50,979 bases of DNA from a virus (taxonomy: Duplodnaviria; Heunggongvirae; Uroviricota; Caudoviricetes). The position numbers were made by a program, and so were the translations under genes. Shown piece after piece: positions 31,180-40,767 of this stretch (position 1 is the first letter of the stretch; the number at the start of each line of letters is the position of its first letter). The stretch lies in the IMG/VR virus record IMGVR_UViG_2526164596_000013. One strand, 5' to 3'. The notes below the pieces were generated by a model, which ran no database searches, had not been told where the DNA came from, and saw only the letters and a list, made by a program, of their open reading frames with translations.

Positions 31180-31340
31180 GGGAGCCGCATAATAACGACG
31201 CGTAATTAATTCTTCAATATCATCCGTTCTGGCTGACTAAATCCTGTACTTCCCGAACCGTCTGCTCAAAACATTCAGTCTCCAGCTCAACGCCAATTGC
31301 ACGACGCCCGAGCGCCAGTGCTGCTTTGACGCTACGGACA

Positions 31341-31371
31341 TAAAAAAGCCAGCCACTGGGGGAGGCTGGCG
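31341..31371 (-). terminator. candidate intrinsic terminator on minus strand upstream of the tRNA cluster
   Basis: minus strand hairpin gccagcc-tcccccagt-ggctggc followed by TTTTTT. Confidence 0.4.
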
Positions 31372-31550
31372 AAACTCGTAGAGCAAAAGTGTTGTTACAC
31401 TAACTTCGTCACAGGGTTATCCTGCAATACTCAAAATACACAATATTTACAAAACTAATAGTATACAAGGCGATCTTTAAGATTTTGTTATAAATTATTG
31501 CCTTTCTCCTCTTTCCATGAGCTTTCTGGGTAGCCACAGAATTCCGGGTA

Positions 31551-31577
31551 CAGAAAAACCCGCTCAGCGGCGGGTTT
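31551..31577 (-). terminator. second candidate intrinsic terminator on minus strand
   Basis: hairpin aacccgc-cgctga-gcgggtt followed by TTTTTCT on minus strand. Confidence 0.3.
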
Positions 31578-32004
31578 AAGCTGTGTGACGAAGTAACCAC
31601 TCTTAACAGCATAACCAATTTTTTACGTACGTAAACCACTAAATGATATTTGCGAGAATGCTACCGAGTATTGAAAACACCACTACAAATACATAAGCAA
31701 ATCTCAACAAATAACCAACAAATAATTTCCAGTGTTATTTTTAGCCTGTTTAAATTGAACCTTCAAATTATAGAGCACTTATAAATAACAGCCGTTAATA
31801 TAAATTGGCTAATAGATTTATTTTTATTCAGCCAAGAGCCATGAATAGGATTCGATAGAAAAAAGTTCAGATAAAAATAGAGATCTACTTCACAAATCAA
31901 ACGAGAAACCAAAACTTACATCTTGAAATAATCACATTGATTAGATGAATATTTATCGCGCAGTGACATCATTTTTTAATAATAGTTCAAAAAAAGGGCT
32001 CACG

Positions 32005-33087
32005 ATGAAAAAATTAACAGTGGCAATTTCTGCTGTAGCTGCATCAGTACTGATGGCGATGTCTGCTCAGGCAGCTGAAATTTATAATAAAGACAGTAAC
32101 AAGCTGGATCTGTACGGGAAAGTTAATGCTAAGCACTATTTCTCCTCTAATGATGCAGATGATGGTGATACTACTTATGCCCGTCTTGGCTTCAAAGGTG
32201 AAACCCAAATCAACGATCAACTGACTGGTTTCGGTCAGTGGGAATATGAATTCAAAGGCAACCGCGCTGAATCTCAAGGTTCCTCCAAAGATAAAACCCG
32301 TCTTGCCTTCGCTGGCCTGAAATTCGGTGACTACGGCTCAATCGATTACGGCCGTAACTACGGTGTAGCATACGACATCGGTGCGTGGACTGACGTTCTG
32401 CCAGAATTCGGTGGCGATACCTGGACCCAAACAGATGTGTTCATGACTGGTCGCACCACTGGTGTTGCAACTTATCGTAACAACGACTTCTTTGGTCTGG
32501 TTGATGGTCTGAACTTTGCTGCTCAGTATCAGGGTAAAAATGACCGCACTGACGTAACTGAAGCTAATGGTGATGGTTTCGGTTTCTCCACTACTTATGA
32601 GTATGAAGGATTCGGTGTAGGTGCAACCTATGCTAAATCTGACCGCACTAATAATCAGGTTATCTACGGTAACAACAGCCTGAATGCATCTGGTCAAAAT
32701 GCTGAAGTATGGGCAGCTGGTCTGAAATATGATGCGAACAACATCTATCTGGCTACCACCTATTCTGAAACCCAGAACATGACTGTTTTTGGTAATAACC
32801 ATATTGCCAACAAAGCACAAAACTTCGAAGTAGTTGCACAATATCAGTTCGACTTCGGTCTGCGTCCGTCCGTTGCTTACCTGCAATCTAAAGGAAAAGA
32901 CTTGGGTGCGTGGGGTGATCAGGACCTGGTTGAATATATTGATGTAGGTGCAACCTATTACTTCAACAAAAATATGTCCACTTTTGTTGATTACAAAATC
33001 AACCTGATTGATAAGAGCGATTTCACGAAAGCATCTGGCGTTGCTACCGATGATATCGTTGCTGTAGGTATGGTTTACCAGTTCTAA
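32005..33087 (+). CDS. outer-membrane general porin (OmpC/NmpC/Lc-like), phage-borne moron
   Basis: signal peptide [23 protein letters not shown] then [17 protein letters not shown]... and C-terminal ...VAVGMVYQF typical of enterobacterial trimeric porins; opposite strand to the late genes, between Q and the lysis genes as nmpC is in DLP12. Confidence 0.85.
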   Translation: MKKLTVAISAVAASVLMAMSAQAAEIYNKDSNKLDLYGKVNAKHYFSSNDADDGDTTYARLGFKGETQINDQLTGFGQWEYEFKGNRAESQGSSKDKTRLAFAGLKFGDYGSIDYGRNYGVAYDIGAWTDVLPEFGGDTWTQTDVFMTGRTTGVATYRNNDFFGLVDGLNFAAQYQGKNDRTDVTEANGDGFGFSTTYEYEGFGVGATYAKSDRTNNQVIYGNNSLNASGQNAEVWAAGLKYDANNIYLATTYSETQNMTVFGNNHIANKAQNFEVVAQYQFDFGLRPSVAYLQSKGKDLGAWGDQDLVEYIDVGATYYFNKNMSTFVDYKINLIDKSDFTKASGVATDDIVAVGMVYQF

Positions 33088-33102
33088 TTTGATTACTAAA
33101 AG

Positions 33103-33158
33103 ATATGTTGCGGGAGGCTTTGCCTCCCCAACATATAAGTGGCTCCCTCAAGCCACTT
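33103..33158. terminator. two adjacent hairpins immediately 3' of the porin gene
   Basis: inverted repeats atatgttgcgggaggc/gcctccccaacatat (33103-33136) and aagtggct/agccactt (33137-33158); T-rich flank on minus strand. Confidence 0.4.
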
Positions 33159-33223
33159 CCTTTAGGAGCACAACCTTGCTTCTAACTATATAAACCTTCT
33201 GTTATATATTACCCTTTATTTTT

Positions 33224-33258
33224 GGGGGCGTTGCAACGCCCCATTTTTAATAATTTTT
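33224..33258 (+). terminator. rho-independent terminator (plus strand)
   Basis: perfect palindrome gggggcgttgcaacgcccc followed by atttttaataattttt. Confidence 0.5.
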
Positions 33259-33275
33259 AGTAAACAATTGGCATA

Positions 33276-33659
33276 TTAATTAGAGTTATTAACAACGATA
33301 TCCATCTCTAACCGGATATCTAATGCCATTAACATCCCTTCAATTATGCCCTCAGCCTTCTGTAACCTTTTCCCGATATAACCATCAGAGCAGCAATGCT
33401 TACCTGCCAGTGACATGAATGTCATACCGACTACATAATAATCTACTAATAAATCGTGCAAATCGCTGTTGTTCTTTTTCAGACGGGCCATGCACCCGCA
33501 AATAATCATCGCGTCATCGTCACAACATTGCGGGCGAGATTTTACTTTTGAAGTAATTAATCCCTTAAAACCGGCGGCAATGGACGACCAGGTCACATCT
33601 TCATGATTATTTGCCGCCCACGCTCCCCAGCGTTCGAGAACCATCTGAATATCACGCAT
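33276..33659 (-). CDS. Q: late-gene antiterminator Q (QuuD-type)
   Basis: 127 aa from [24 protein letters not shown]... with Cys-rich putative zinc-binding segment ([20 protein letters not shown]); matches the DLP12 QuuD family as recalled. Confidence 0.8.
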   Translation of the reverse strand: MRDIQMVLERWGAWAANNHEDVTWSSIAAGFKGLITSKVKSRPQCCDDDAMIICGCMARLKKNNSDLHDLLVDYYVVGMTFMSLAGKHCCSDGYIGKRLQKAEGIIEGMLMALDIRLEMDIVVNNSN

Positions 33660-33676
33660 CAACTTTCTCCACAAAA

Positions 33677-34696
33677 TCAGGACAGCACACCAATCGCCAG
33701 CGCGCGATCGATAAAACGAAATATCAGCTCCAGTTGGGAACCATACTTCTCTTCAAATGCCACGGTATCCGCATGTAGTTCGTCATGGTGTTTTCTGCAC
33801 AAAGGCAACACAAAAAGGTCATGCGCTTTTGTACCCATTCCACCCTGACCATGACCAATCAGGTGATGAGGATCGTCGGCTGGCTTACCACAACATGCAC
33901 ACGGCTGCGTCTTAACCCAGCGCGTGTACTTTTCATTAACCCAGCGACGACGTTTTGGGCGTAACATAAAAGACTCCGGCGACTCCGGATCCACTTTCAG
34001 CGCCAGCACCTTTTTCGCTTTATCCTGGATGATGCTGGTGGCAGGAACCGAAGGCACAAGGTCACTTTCCCGGGTGACAGACGGCACAACAGGCTTCGGT
34101 AATCTCAGTGCCTTACGGGCTGCACTTTCCGGTAAGGCATCCGCCAGGTCATTACGAATCAGCCACCAGCACAGTTCCGGCATTGTCACAACGTGACTGT
34201 CATCAAAACCGAGATCCCGACGCACAACAGACAACACCCAGCGGGCACAGTTATCCGTTGCCATTGATTCCAGCCGTTCCGTGAACTGATCGCGCAGCTG
34301 GTTATCGCAGTGCCAGCACAGACGGATTGCACCCGGAGCGTGTCGCATTGTGGTCATGTTCTCGCTGTGCCTGTCGGAATGAGGCCACTGGCAGCCTTTT
34401 TCACGAAGTAACCAGCTTTCAAGACATTCCACGCCACCAGCACGACGGATCACTGCCTCATTGCGGAACACGGCCCGAACGGCAGGATCATCCGCCAGCG
34501 GTTGTGATGCCGCCGGAACGGCACCACTGGCGAAAGATGAATAACGTTCCGGCTCAGGCTCCAGCAGGACACGCCCCTGCATAAACAGGGGCATCAGCTC
34601 TGAACCGGGCCTGAACAATACAATCCCCATACGCGGGGCAATTTCAGGGGTCAGCAGTGCTCTCACGGTCACCTCAGCAAACGATATTGAATGCAT
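33677..34696 (-). CDS. DUF968-like phage protein with C-terminal Cys/His-rich (HNH-like) motif
   Basis: 339-aa ORF; C-terminus [43 protein letters not shown]; sits in the nin-equivalent position between replication genes and Q; start codon uncertain. Confidence 0.55.
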   Translation of the reverse strand: MHSISFAEVTVRALLTPEIAPRMGIVLFRPGSELMPLFMQGRVLLEPEPERYSSFASGAVPAASQPLADDPAVRAVFRNEAVIRRAGGVECLESWLLREKGCQWPHSDRHSENMTTMRHAPGAIRLCWHCDNQLRDQFTERLESMATDNCARWVLSVVRRDLGFDDSHVVTMPELCWWLIRNDLADALPESAARKALRLPKPVVPSVTRESDLVPSVPATSIIQDKAKKVLALKVDPESPESFMLRPKRRRWVNEKYTRWVKTQPCACCGKPADDPHHLIGHGQGGMGTKAHDLFVLPLCRKHHDELHADTVAFEEKYGSQLELIFRFIDRALAIGVLS

Positions 34697-34717
34697 ACAG
34701 AGAAAAAAACTCAGTCA

Positions 34718-34921
34718 TCACGCAGTAAACTCCTTCACCAGTATTTCAAACTGGCTTACCTGTCCTTCCAGTTCCTCCACGCAATCCACCAGCTCATCCA
34801 CCGCCTTTTGTGTACGGTGTTTTGCCTGCAGCAGATCACGAAGCGCCGGAGTAAGCTGCTTGCGGAGCGTATCTTTTGCCACGCTCGTTTTTTCCATCTG
34901 TTCAGCACAACGAAGCATCTC
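34718..34921 (-). CDS. hypothetical small coiled-coil protein
   Basis: ORF 34718-34975 (TTG at 34975 overlapping dnaB stop; first ATG at 34921); fills gap between helicase and DUF968 genes. Confidence 0.35.
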   Translation of the reverse strand, partial: EMLRCAEQMEKTSVAKDTLRKQLTPALRDLLQAKHRTQKAVDELVDCVEELEGQVSQFEILVKEFTA

Positions 34922-34971
34922 CTGCGCCTGCCGACGAAGTTGTTCCGGTGAAACAGTGGTTGTTCTGTTGT

Positions 34972-36372
34972 TCAAAATAAACGCTCCGTTTTACTGCCCG
35001 ACATGCGGTTATTGCTGTATCTGCGCGGATTGCCCGGCGTCATGGGTGTGGAAAGAACCCGGGCACTCTCCTGGTCCACAGGCAGAAAATGTCCGTTATG
35101 AAAACGCCGGTAAATGGTCCCGAGCGTGCCATTACGCTGTTTCGTGATGTTGATTTCTGCTATGCCTCTGGCCTGAGTTTCCGGGTTGTATACCTCATCC
35201 CTGTAAAGCATCAGAATGATGTCGGCATCCGCCTCGATTTCCCCGGAGTTTTTCAGGTCCGAGTTCATTGGGCGTTTATTGGGTCTGGATTCCACGCCGC
35301 GGGAGAGCTGGCTCAGAGCAATCAGCGGAAAACCGCCGGATTTTGCCAGGCTTTTAAGTCCCTTTGAGATTTCCCCCACCGCAAGGTCGTGACGCCCCGT
35401 GCTGCGGGTTTTAATCAGGCCGAGGTAATCGACCACCACCAGCGCCGTTTCCGGGTGTTTCATCCGGTGGTGCTTCGTGGTTGCACATATCTCATCAATG
35501 GTCAGGTTTGCCTGGTCCACCATCCAGATATTACGCCCCGTCATTCGTCCCACGCCCTGCGAGAAACGCGCCCAGTCTTCATCTTCAAAACGGGCAACAG
35601 ACTTAAGACGGGATACCGGCATTCCACCGGCAGCAGACACCATACGTTCACCAATCTGGATGTTCGCCATCTCCATGGTGAACAGAAGCACGCCATGCCC
35701 CTGCTCAGTCACCTTGTCGATGATGTCCAGCGCAAGTTCGGTTTTCCCCATCGAAGGACGGGCGGCAATGAATACCAGGTCTCCGGGCTCCATACCGCCC
35801 GTTTTTGCGTCCAGTTCATCAATACCGGTCATCAGCGCCCTGGATTTCTCCAGTCCCTGATTGCGGCATTCAACACGGTCGACCACTTCCGGAAGGACAT
35901 CATCAATGTGAACCGGCTGAATGACGCCCTTTCCGGTCGACAGTGAGGCCATCATGTTCTGCGCATCCTTCAGGGCATCCTCGGCTGCTTCACAGGTATA
36001 CGCATCACGTAAATTCTGTAATGCTTCAGTCAGTGTTTTTTCTGCATCGCGCAGTGCGGCATTGCGCCGTAACGCTGCGACATAGTGCTCCAGTGAAGAC
36101 TTCACCCAGGTTTTGCGTCCGGTGTCGGTAATCACCGGGGCAAGTTCCGGCATCTCATTGCACAGCAGTACGGGGTCAATGACGCCGGATATGCGAGCCT
36201 GTCTGCAAATCCCCGCGTAAATATCCCGGTACTGACGCACAAAAAATACATCCGCCGGAAGTGTGGCCAGAATATCCATCACTTCCGGATCGGCCCCACG
36301 CAGAAAAAACGCACCGATGACAGCGCCTTCCAGGTCATCGTTACGCCATGCCGGGGTGTTCTGGCTGGTCAT
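34972..36372 (-). CDS. replicative DNA helicase (DnaB family)
   Basis: 466-aa ORF; Walker A GARPSMGKTELAL, DnaB-like C-terminal RecA fold motifs (IALSQLSRGVESR..., EIEADADIILMLYRDEVYN). Confidence 0.85.
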   Translation of the reverse strand: MTSQNTPAWRNDDLEGAVIGAFFLRGADPEVMDILATLPADVFFVRQYRDIYAGICRQARISGVIDPVLLCNEMPELAPVITDTGRKTWVKSSLEHYVAALRRNAALRDAEKTLTEALQNLRDAYTCEAAEDALKDAQNMMASLSTGKGVIQPVHIDDVLPEVVDRVECRNQGLEKSRALMTGIDELDAKTGGMEPGDLVFIAARPSMGKTELALDIIDKVTEQGHGVLLFTMEMANIQIGERMVSAAGGMPVSRLKSVARFEDEDWARFSQGVGRMTGRNIWMVDQANLTIDEICATTKHHRMKHPETALVVVDYLGLIKTRSTGRHDLAVGEISKGLKSLAKSGGFPLIALSQLSRGVESRPNKRPMNSDLKNSGEIEADADIILMLYRDEVYNPETQARGIAEINITKQRNGTLGTIYRRFHNGHFLPVDQESARVLSTPMTPGNPRRYSNNRMSGSKTERLF

Positions 36373-37277
36373 GCGGCAACACCTCCGATACGAGAACGGT
36401 AGCTGGGCCAGTTAAACGACAACCAGTTGCGCCCGCCATCGGTGATCCTGTCGGCAATCCGGGGACTGATGAACGCCCACAATTCTTCCGGTGAAAGGTT
36501 GCTGATCAGGATAGTTGGCAAAATACCCTCATACCGGGCATTGATAATTTCCTGCAAAATGGCCATTTCAGCCGCACTGCCAAACTGAACGCCGACTTCG
36601 TCGACAATCAGCAAATCCAGTGACGCATAATGCTCAATGACGTCATCCGCTGTTTTTTCACTGTCATTCCGCCAGCAGTTTTTCACAGCCCGGGTAAGGC
36701 GCATCACGTCGGTGATCTCCACACTGGCCAGATAGTTACGGATGATGTGTTTTGCCATTGATACCGCCAGATGATTTTTCCCGGTACCGCAACTGCCGGT
36801 CATAACAAGACTGGTACCGTTCTCCAGCATATCTGGCCAGTTCTCCGCATAGCGGCGACAGGCCGCAAGATTTCTGGCTGCGTCAGGATTAACCTCCAGA
36901 TAATTATCAAACTCGCAGTCCCGAAAACGCAGAGCAATTCCGGCGTTATCAGTCAGTTCTTCCGCCTTGAGGGACGACAGTTCCATGGTCAAATCACTGG
37001 CCTCAGCGATCAAGCAGTCAGGGCAGCATGAAATTTTTTCTCTGTCCTCGCCATTACGATCGATCCACACCAGTATATGCGTACGATATTTACCGTGTTT
37101 TTCGCAATATCCGCGACCTTCACGCATCAGGCAGGAACGATAAGGCCATGGCTTTTCGCCCTTCTGAGCAAATGCAATCTCTGCCCGTAACTCATCCATT
37201 TCTGCCCGTAACTCATCCATTCGCGCCTGTAGTCTTGTTTGTTTCTCACGTTGGTCAATCGTCATCATCGCTGTCAC
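36369..37277 (-). CDS. helicase loader, DnaC/IstB-like AAA+ ATPase
   Basis: 302-aa ORF; Walker A TGSCGTGKNHLAVSMA, Walker B LLIVDEVG; N-terminal Cys-rich segment; ATGA overlap with dnaB. Confidence 0.8.
   Translation of the reverse strand: MTAMMTIDQREKQTRLQARMDELRAEMDELRAEIAFAQKGEKPWPYRSCLMREGRGYCEKHGKYRTHILVWIDRNGEDREKISCCPDCLIAEASDLTMELSSLKAEELTDNAGIALRFRDCEFDNYLEVNPDAARNLAACRRYAENWPDMLENGTSLVMTGSCGTGKNHLAVSMAKHIIRNYLASVEITDVMRLTRAVKNCWRNDSEKTADDVIEHYASLDLLIVDEVGVQFGSAAEMAILQEIINARYEGILPTILISNLSPEELWAFISPRIADRITDGGRNWLSFNWPSYRSRIGGVAA
37180..37221 (-). repeat. perfect tandem duplication of a 21-bp unit inside the helicase-loader gene
   Basis: tctgcccgtaactcatccatt at 37180-37200 and again at 37201-37221; encodes RMDELRAEMDELRAE in frame. 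Confidence 0.8.
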
Positions 37278-37278
37278 C

Positions 37279-38205
37279 TCAGAATGTCAATTTGTTACTG
37301 GATTTACCGAATTTGTCAGACATGGCTCCCAGGCCAGCCAGGACATCGACCTGTCGCTGTCGCCCACCTCCGTGAGCGGCTGGCTGTTGCCAGTAATCTT
37401 CGAAGTGACGATCGGGTCCAAAGAACGTCGCAGCCTGCTTCACGAACTGTGTGCCGGTATTTCCTGTAGCACGTACCCAGGCGGCATACCGCTTCACGCC
37501 ATCAAGCATGGTCTCCGGTTTTATTCCCTCCCTGATACGGGCTTTCCAGGCTTTGAAGGCTGCTGACTTGGAATTGCCACCAGCACGTTTGGGATATTCC
37601 TGCCAGGCCTGTTCAAATTCCGGTGAATATTCCTGTCGGGCAGAACGCGCTGGTGCAGACGCGTCAGCGGATGCGCCAATATCTTGCGGTTCATGTTTTG
37701 AATTTACTGGTGGTTCATGTTTTAAACCTTGTGGATCTGGAGTCAGATTCTGAAGGGTCAAACGCGTATTTTTGCCAGAATCTGAAGGGTCAAACACGCC
37801 TGAACATACAGATTCTGACGGTTCAGATTTTGAAGGTTCAGAATCTGAAGGGTCACGTAATACTGAAAGTCTGCGCTGCTGTTTCAGTTCTGCAACCTTA
37901 TCCCGCTCAGTTCTGGCAAGCTGCTCAAGCCGATCAGCATTCAGATGATAAAGATTGGACGTATTACGGTTACCTTTGCGGCGTGACTGACGCGTCAGCC
38001 AGCCATCAGCCTCCAGTTCGGAGATTGCCGTTCTGACTGTACTTTCTCCCAATCCAAGCTGTCGACATATGGTTTCAACACCCGGGTAGCACACCCCGTC
38101 ATCATTCGAATAATCAGCCAGGCGCGCCATAATCATCAGTTTTGCACCTTTGACGCCATATGCTGCGCATGCATCCCAGACATTACCGAGGATCTTGCTA
38201 CTCAT
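37279..38205 (-). CDS. O: replication initiator (lambda O-like) with internal origin iterons
   Basis: 308-aa ORF; N-terminal DNA-binding-like domain, acidic/Pro-rich linker, iterons inside the coding sequence as for lambda O/ori. Confidence 0.7.
   Translation of the reverse strand: MSSKILGNVWDACAAYGVKGAKLMIMARLADYSNDDGVCYPGVETICRQLGLGESTVRTAISELEADGWLTRQSRRKGNRNTSNLYHLNADRLEQLARTERDKVAELKQQRRLSVLRDPSDSEPSKSEPSESVCSGVFDPSDSGKNTRLTLQNLTPDPQGLKHEPPVNSKHEPQDIGASADASAPARSARQEYSPEFEQAWQEYPKRAGGNSKSAAFKAWKARIREGIKPETMLDGVKRYAAWVRATGNTGTQFVKQAATFFGPDRHFEDYWQQPAAHGGGRQRQVDVLAGLGAMSDKFGKSSNKLTF
37687..37860. repeat. ori: origin-like iteron cluster inside O-like gene
   Basis: four copies of cag[at][at]tctga[ac]gg[gt]tca at about 37744, 37776, 37809 and 37839, plus two copies of ggttcatgtttt at 37687-37730. 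Confidence 0.6.
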
Positions 38206-38426
38206 ACGACACCTCCCAGACGCTTAAACATTTTTCCGGACTGAAACGCCACCAGCGGGTAACTCAGGGTATAAGTACGCCCCTGCACCTGGCAGACAAC
38301 CTTCTGACTTTCTGCATTGACCAGGCAAACCCGCAGAACGAGGCCGTTGCTGGTGGTAAACCACTGCCCCACTCGGGGGCAACGGTTGTATCGGTGATAC
38401 AGGAAATTAACGATGTGGCGGATCAT
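38202..38426 (-). CDS. hypothetical protein (74 aa), translationally coupled upstream of O
   Basis: ATGA overlaps at both ends (with O at 38205 and with upstream ORF at 38423-38426). Confidence 0.4.
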   Translation of the reverse strand: MIRHIVNFLYHRYNRCPRVGQWFTTSNGLVLRVCLVNAESQKVVCQVQGRTYTLSYPLVAFQSGKMFKRLGGVV

Positions 38427-38617
38427 GGACGCACCTCCGCCGTAGTTACGTATTTAACCGGGCTACCTTTCATTGAGATGGTTTCACACATCTCTGCCGC
38501 TTTCAGTTCCGCTGTTTTTCTGGATTTATAGCGACGGTGCCAGACAGATACATCCGTGCGAACTGATACATCGTTTCTGTATTCCGTAGTGGAGATGATG
38601 ATTTCGTAACTAATCAT
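38423..38617 (-). CDS. hypothetical protein (64 aa), translationally coupled
   Basis: start overlaps stop of 38614-39468 ORF; part of a chain of 4-nt-overlapping genes. Confidence 0.4.
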   Translation of the reverse strand: MISYEIIISTTEYRNDVSVRTDVSVWHRRYKSRKTAELKAAEMCETISMKGSPVKYVTTAEVRP

Positions 38618-39468
38618 GGGCGAACCTCCTTGTCAGAACCATTCAGCCTGGAATCAACAAGTGCAGCGCCAAAAACAGCATCACCAACACGGTCGTACAG
38701 TTTGCTAGCCAGCGGAGATTCAACGGCCTTAAGCATTGGATAAAGCTGGCTTGTCCAGATTTGATGGATTTCACGCAAATGCAGGTATACGCCTCTGGCG
38801 TTTCGTGCGACAGCTGACATATCAACCGCGTCAGCACCAGATAAATTCTTCTCCATCTGGTTAAAGGCGTTGATGTATGCCTCTTTGAACTGGGCAGCAC
38901 GTTTACCAGTGAAGCCCATGGCAAGAAACGCAAAACCGTCGCGGGTGATTTGGTAACAAGGGAGTTTGCGGCCTGATGCGTCGGTGTATTCACTTAACAC
39001 AAAATTGTGTTCAGTAAATTCAGCGGAACATTCGAGGTTTCTAATTCTATCTAAAACCCGCTCATGCCGTTTAGTAAAGTAATTAGCTACTGCAAGAGAT
39101 GTGGTGACAACGCGACCATTGATAATCGTGATTTCAGGGCGAGATTGGGTTGGGAGAGTAGTCATGGTGACAGCCCCTATGTTGAATTCAATGAACTCAC
39201 CACCAAGGCTTTCCACGACCATATAGGTGGTGAGACGTACAGGGGTGGAAATACCGGTCAACATAGAACCCGGCCCAACCGAAGTTGGCCCTGCACGCCC
39301 CACCATAATTTGGGCGTAACGATGCTCATGACACGAAAAAACCGCATGAGCGCGGTTGTGCTCTATATTGAATTTCGGGTTTCCACGCCCGGCACCCGCT
39401 TTATAAGGTGCAGAGACAGTGTAACGTCCCGAAATTGCAGAATCAATATTTGGTCTTGAAATGATCAT
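38614..39468 (-). CDS. phage regulatory protein, Rha-family domain in C-terminal half
   Basis: segment VVTTSLAVANYFTKRHERVLDRIRNLE...FVLSEYTDASGRKLPCYQITRDGFAFLAMGFTGKRAAQFKEAYINAF resembles the Rha phage-regulator domain as recalled; N-terminal 110 aa unassigned. Confidence 0.5.
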   Translation of the reverse strand: MIISRPNIDSAISGRYTVSAPYKAGAGRGNPKFNIEHNRAHAVFSCHEHRYAQIMVGRAGPTSVGPGSMLTGISTPVRLTTYMVVESLGGEFIEFNIGAVTMTTLPTQSRPEITIINGRVVTTSLAVANYFTKRHERVLDRIRNLECSAEFTEHNFVLSEYTDASGRKLPCYQITRDGFAFLAMGFTGKRAAQFKEAYINAFNQMEKNLSGADAVDMSAVARNARGVYLHLREIHQIWTSQLYPMLKAVESPLASKLYDRVGDAVFGAALVDSRLNGSDKEVRP

Positions 39469-39576
39469 ATAGCTGCTGATATCTTTAGAACTGTTCTTGG
39501 ATGTTTCGGAGCCGTTTTATGCGAAACAGCTCCCCGTTATTGATGTTGAGTGAGCCGGGTTACTCCCGGCTTTTTT

Positions 39577-40290
39577 TCATCGCTGCCAACCAATAACCTG
39601 AAATAACCCCATTTTCGGGTGATACCAGCGAGTCCCTCGCGGTTCTGCTTCCTCCATAACCCGATAAAAAGCAGCCATAAACGGTTCCACAGCAACAATT
39701 GCGCGACGTGACAACAATCCGTCCGGCGTCATGAACTCATGGGTGTCTGTAGGAATCTGATAGGCGTTCACCAGATTGCGGCATTTATCATCTGACAAAC
39801 CGGTTTTTGCTTTCAGTTGGCGATATCCGGCATAGCCCTCACGAATAGTGCCCTTTTTAATTTGCTCGACTGTTTCAGCAACGTGGCTGACTTTTTCTTC
39901 CACCTGAGTGATCCGTTTCTGTTGGCGAACGGCTTCAAGAGCCATCGCGGCAACCATTTCGATTTCGCTCATTGGCTTACGGATCTGTTCTTCCAGTTCG
40001 CGCCAGCGATCTACCAGGCGAGCAGTGAATTCAGGGCAGAGCTGTGCGACGACAATGATGCTGTCGCGCTTACCTTGTTCTCCTTCAAACAGGTAATGCT
40101 CATATTGAACTTTAAAACCTAAGTTATTGATTTTCTCGGAAACAGCCATTGGCGGTTTCCGGATGATGTTTTTAGCAACCAGGCGTTCGATACTACGTTT
40201 AACATCTGAGTGCTGACTACCCACCAGCTCTGCGATCTCAACGCTGGTCATGGATGCTTTGTCGTTAAAAATTGCGGTGTTCACTGCCAT
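39577..40290 (-). CDS. phage regulatory / antirepressor-like protein (Rha/Ant-type N-terminal motif)
   Basis: MTSVEIAELVGSQHSDVKRSIERL... motif; start at ATG 40290 preferred over 40326 (SD taaggag directly adjacent, so start uncertain). Confidence 0.45.
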   Translation of the reverse strand: MAVNTAIFNDKASMTSVEIAELVGSQHSDVKRSIERLVAKNIIRKPPMAVSEKINNLGFKVQYEHYLFEGEQGKRDSIIVVAQLCPEFTARLVDRWRELEEQIRKPMSEIEMVAAMALEAVRQQKRITQVEEKVSHVAETVEQIKKGTIREGYAGYRQLKAKTGLSDDKCRNLVNAYQIPTDTHEFMTPDGLLSRRAIVAVEPFMAAFYRVMEEAEPRGTRWYHPKMGLFQVIGWQR

Positions 40291-40403
40291 CTCCTTACGG
40301 ATAAATTCTTTTAAGATTCCGCACATTCGTACTTATTGGTGCCGAACCTTCCTTCAGTTATCCTTTTGATCCCTATAAACAAAAGAACCAAAGGAGGTTC
40401 GAC

Positions 40404-40697
40404 ATGAAAGTTCAGGCCGTTGGTTTATTCTGGTTTCGCGATGCGATTCAGTATCATGAGCTCAAAAATATTTTTACTGATGCTGATGTGCTCTCCGACA
40501 GTTACACCGAGTGGAAACACGACGCTGAAAAATTGATTAAGCGTGTCGAAAGAGGCGGGCAACGAGTTATTAAAGTTGAAGCGGATACAGCCGAGTTCAT
40601 CACCTGGTGTACAAGCGAAGGCATTGGAATCAATGCCGAAGGTAGAATGCAGTTCGCATCCTTTAAGGCTTACCAACAACTTCTCAGCGAACGCTAA
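40404..40697 (+). CDS. hypothetical protein (97 aa) between the cro-like gene and the Rha-like gene, opposite strand
   Basis: strong SD AAGGAGG 7 nt before ATG 40404; G-rich first codon positions; fully overlapped by an antisense ORF (40425-40757), so strand assignment is not certain. Confidence 0.45.
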   Translation: MKVQAVGLFWFRDAIQYHELKNIFTDADVLSDSYTEWKHDAEKLIKRVERGGQRVIKVEADTAEFITWCTSEGIGINAEGRMQFASFKAYQQLLSER

Positions 40698-40767
40698 TGT
40701 GATCGGGGCAATCGAAATGGTTGTCCCATCGTATTTAATAGTTATTTTTTCGCTCATATCACCACCA

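Noticed and set aside
31409-31639. 76-aa minus-strand ORF in the tRNA-porin intergenic region
   Set aside because: AT-rich, no RBS, hydrophobic low-complexity product, overlaps a predicted hairpin terminator
40425-40757. Minus-strand ORF (about 110 aa) antisense to 40404-40697
   Set aside because: Kept only as an alternative: it is co-oriented with the cro operon, but the plus-strand ORF has the stronger RBS and more gene-like first-codon-position G content; the two cannot both be resolved from sequence alone
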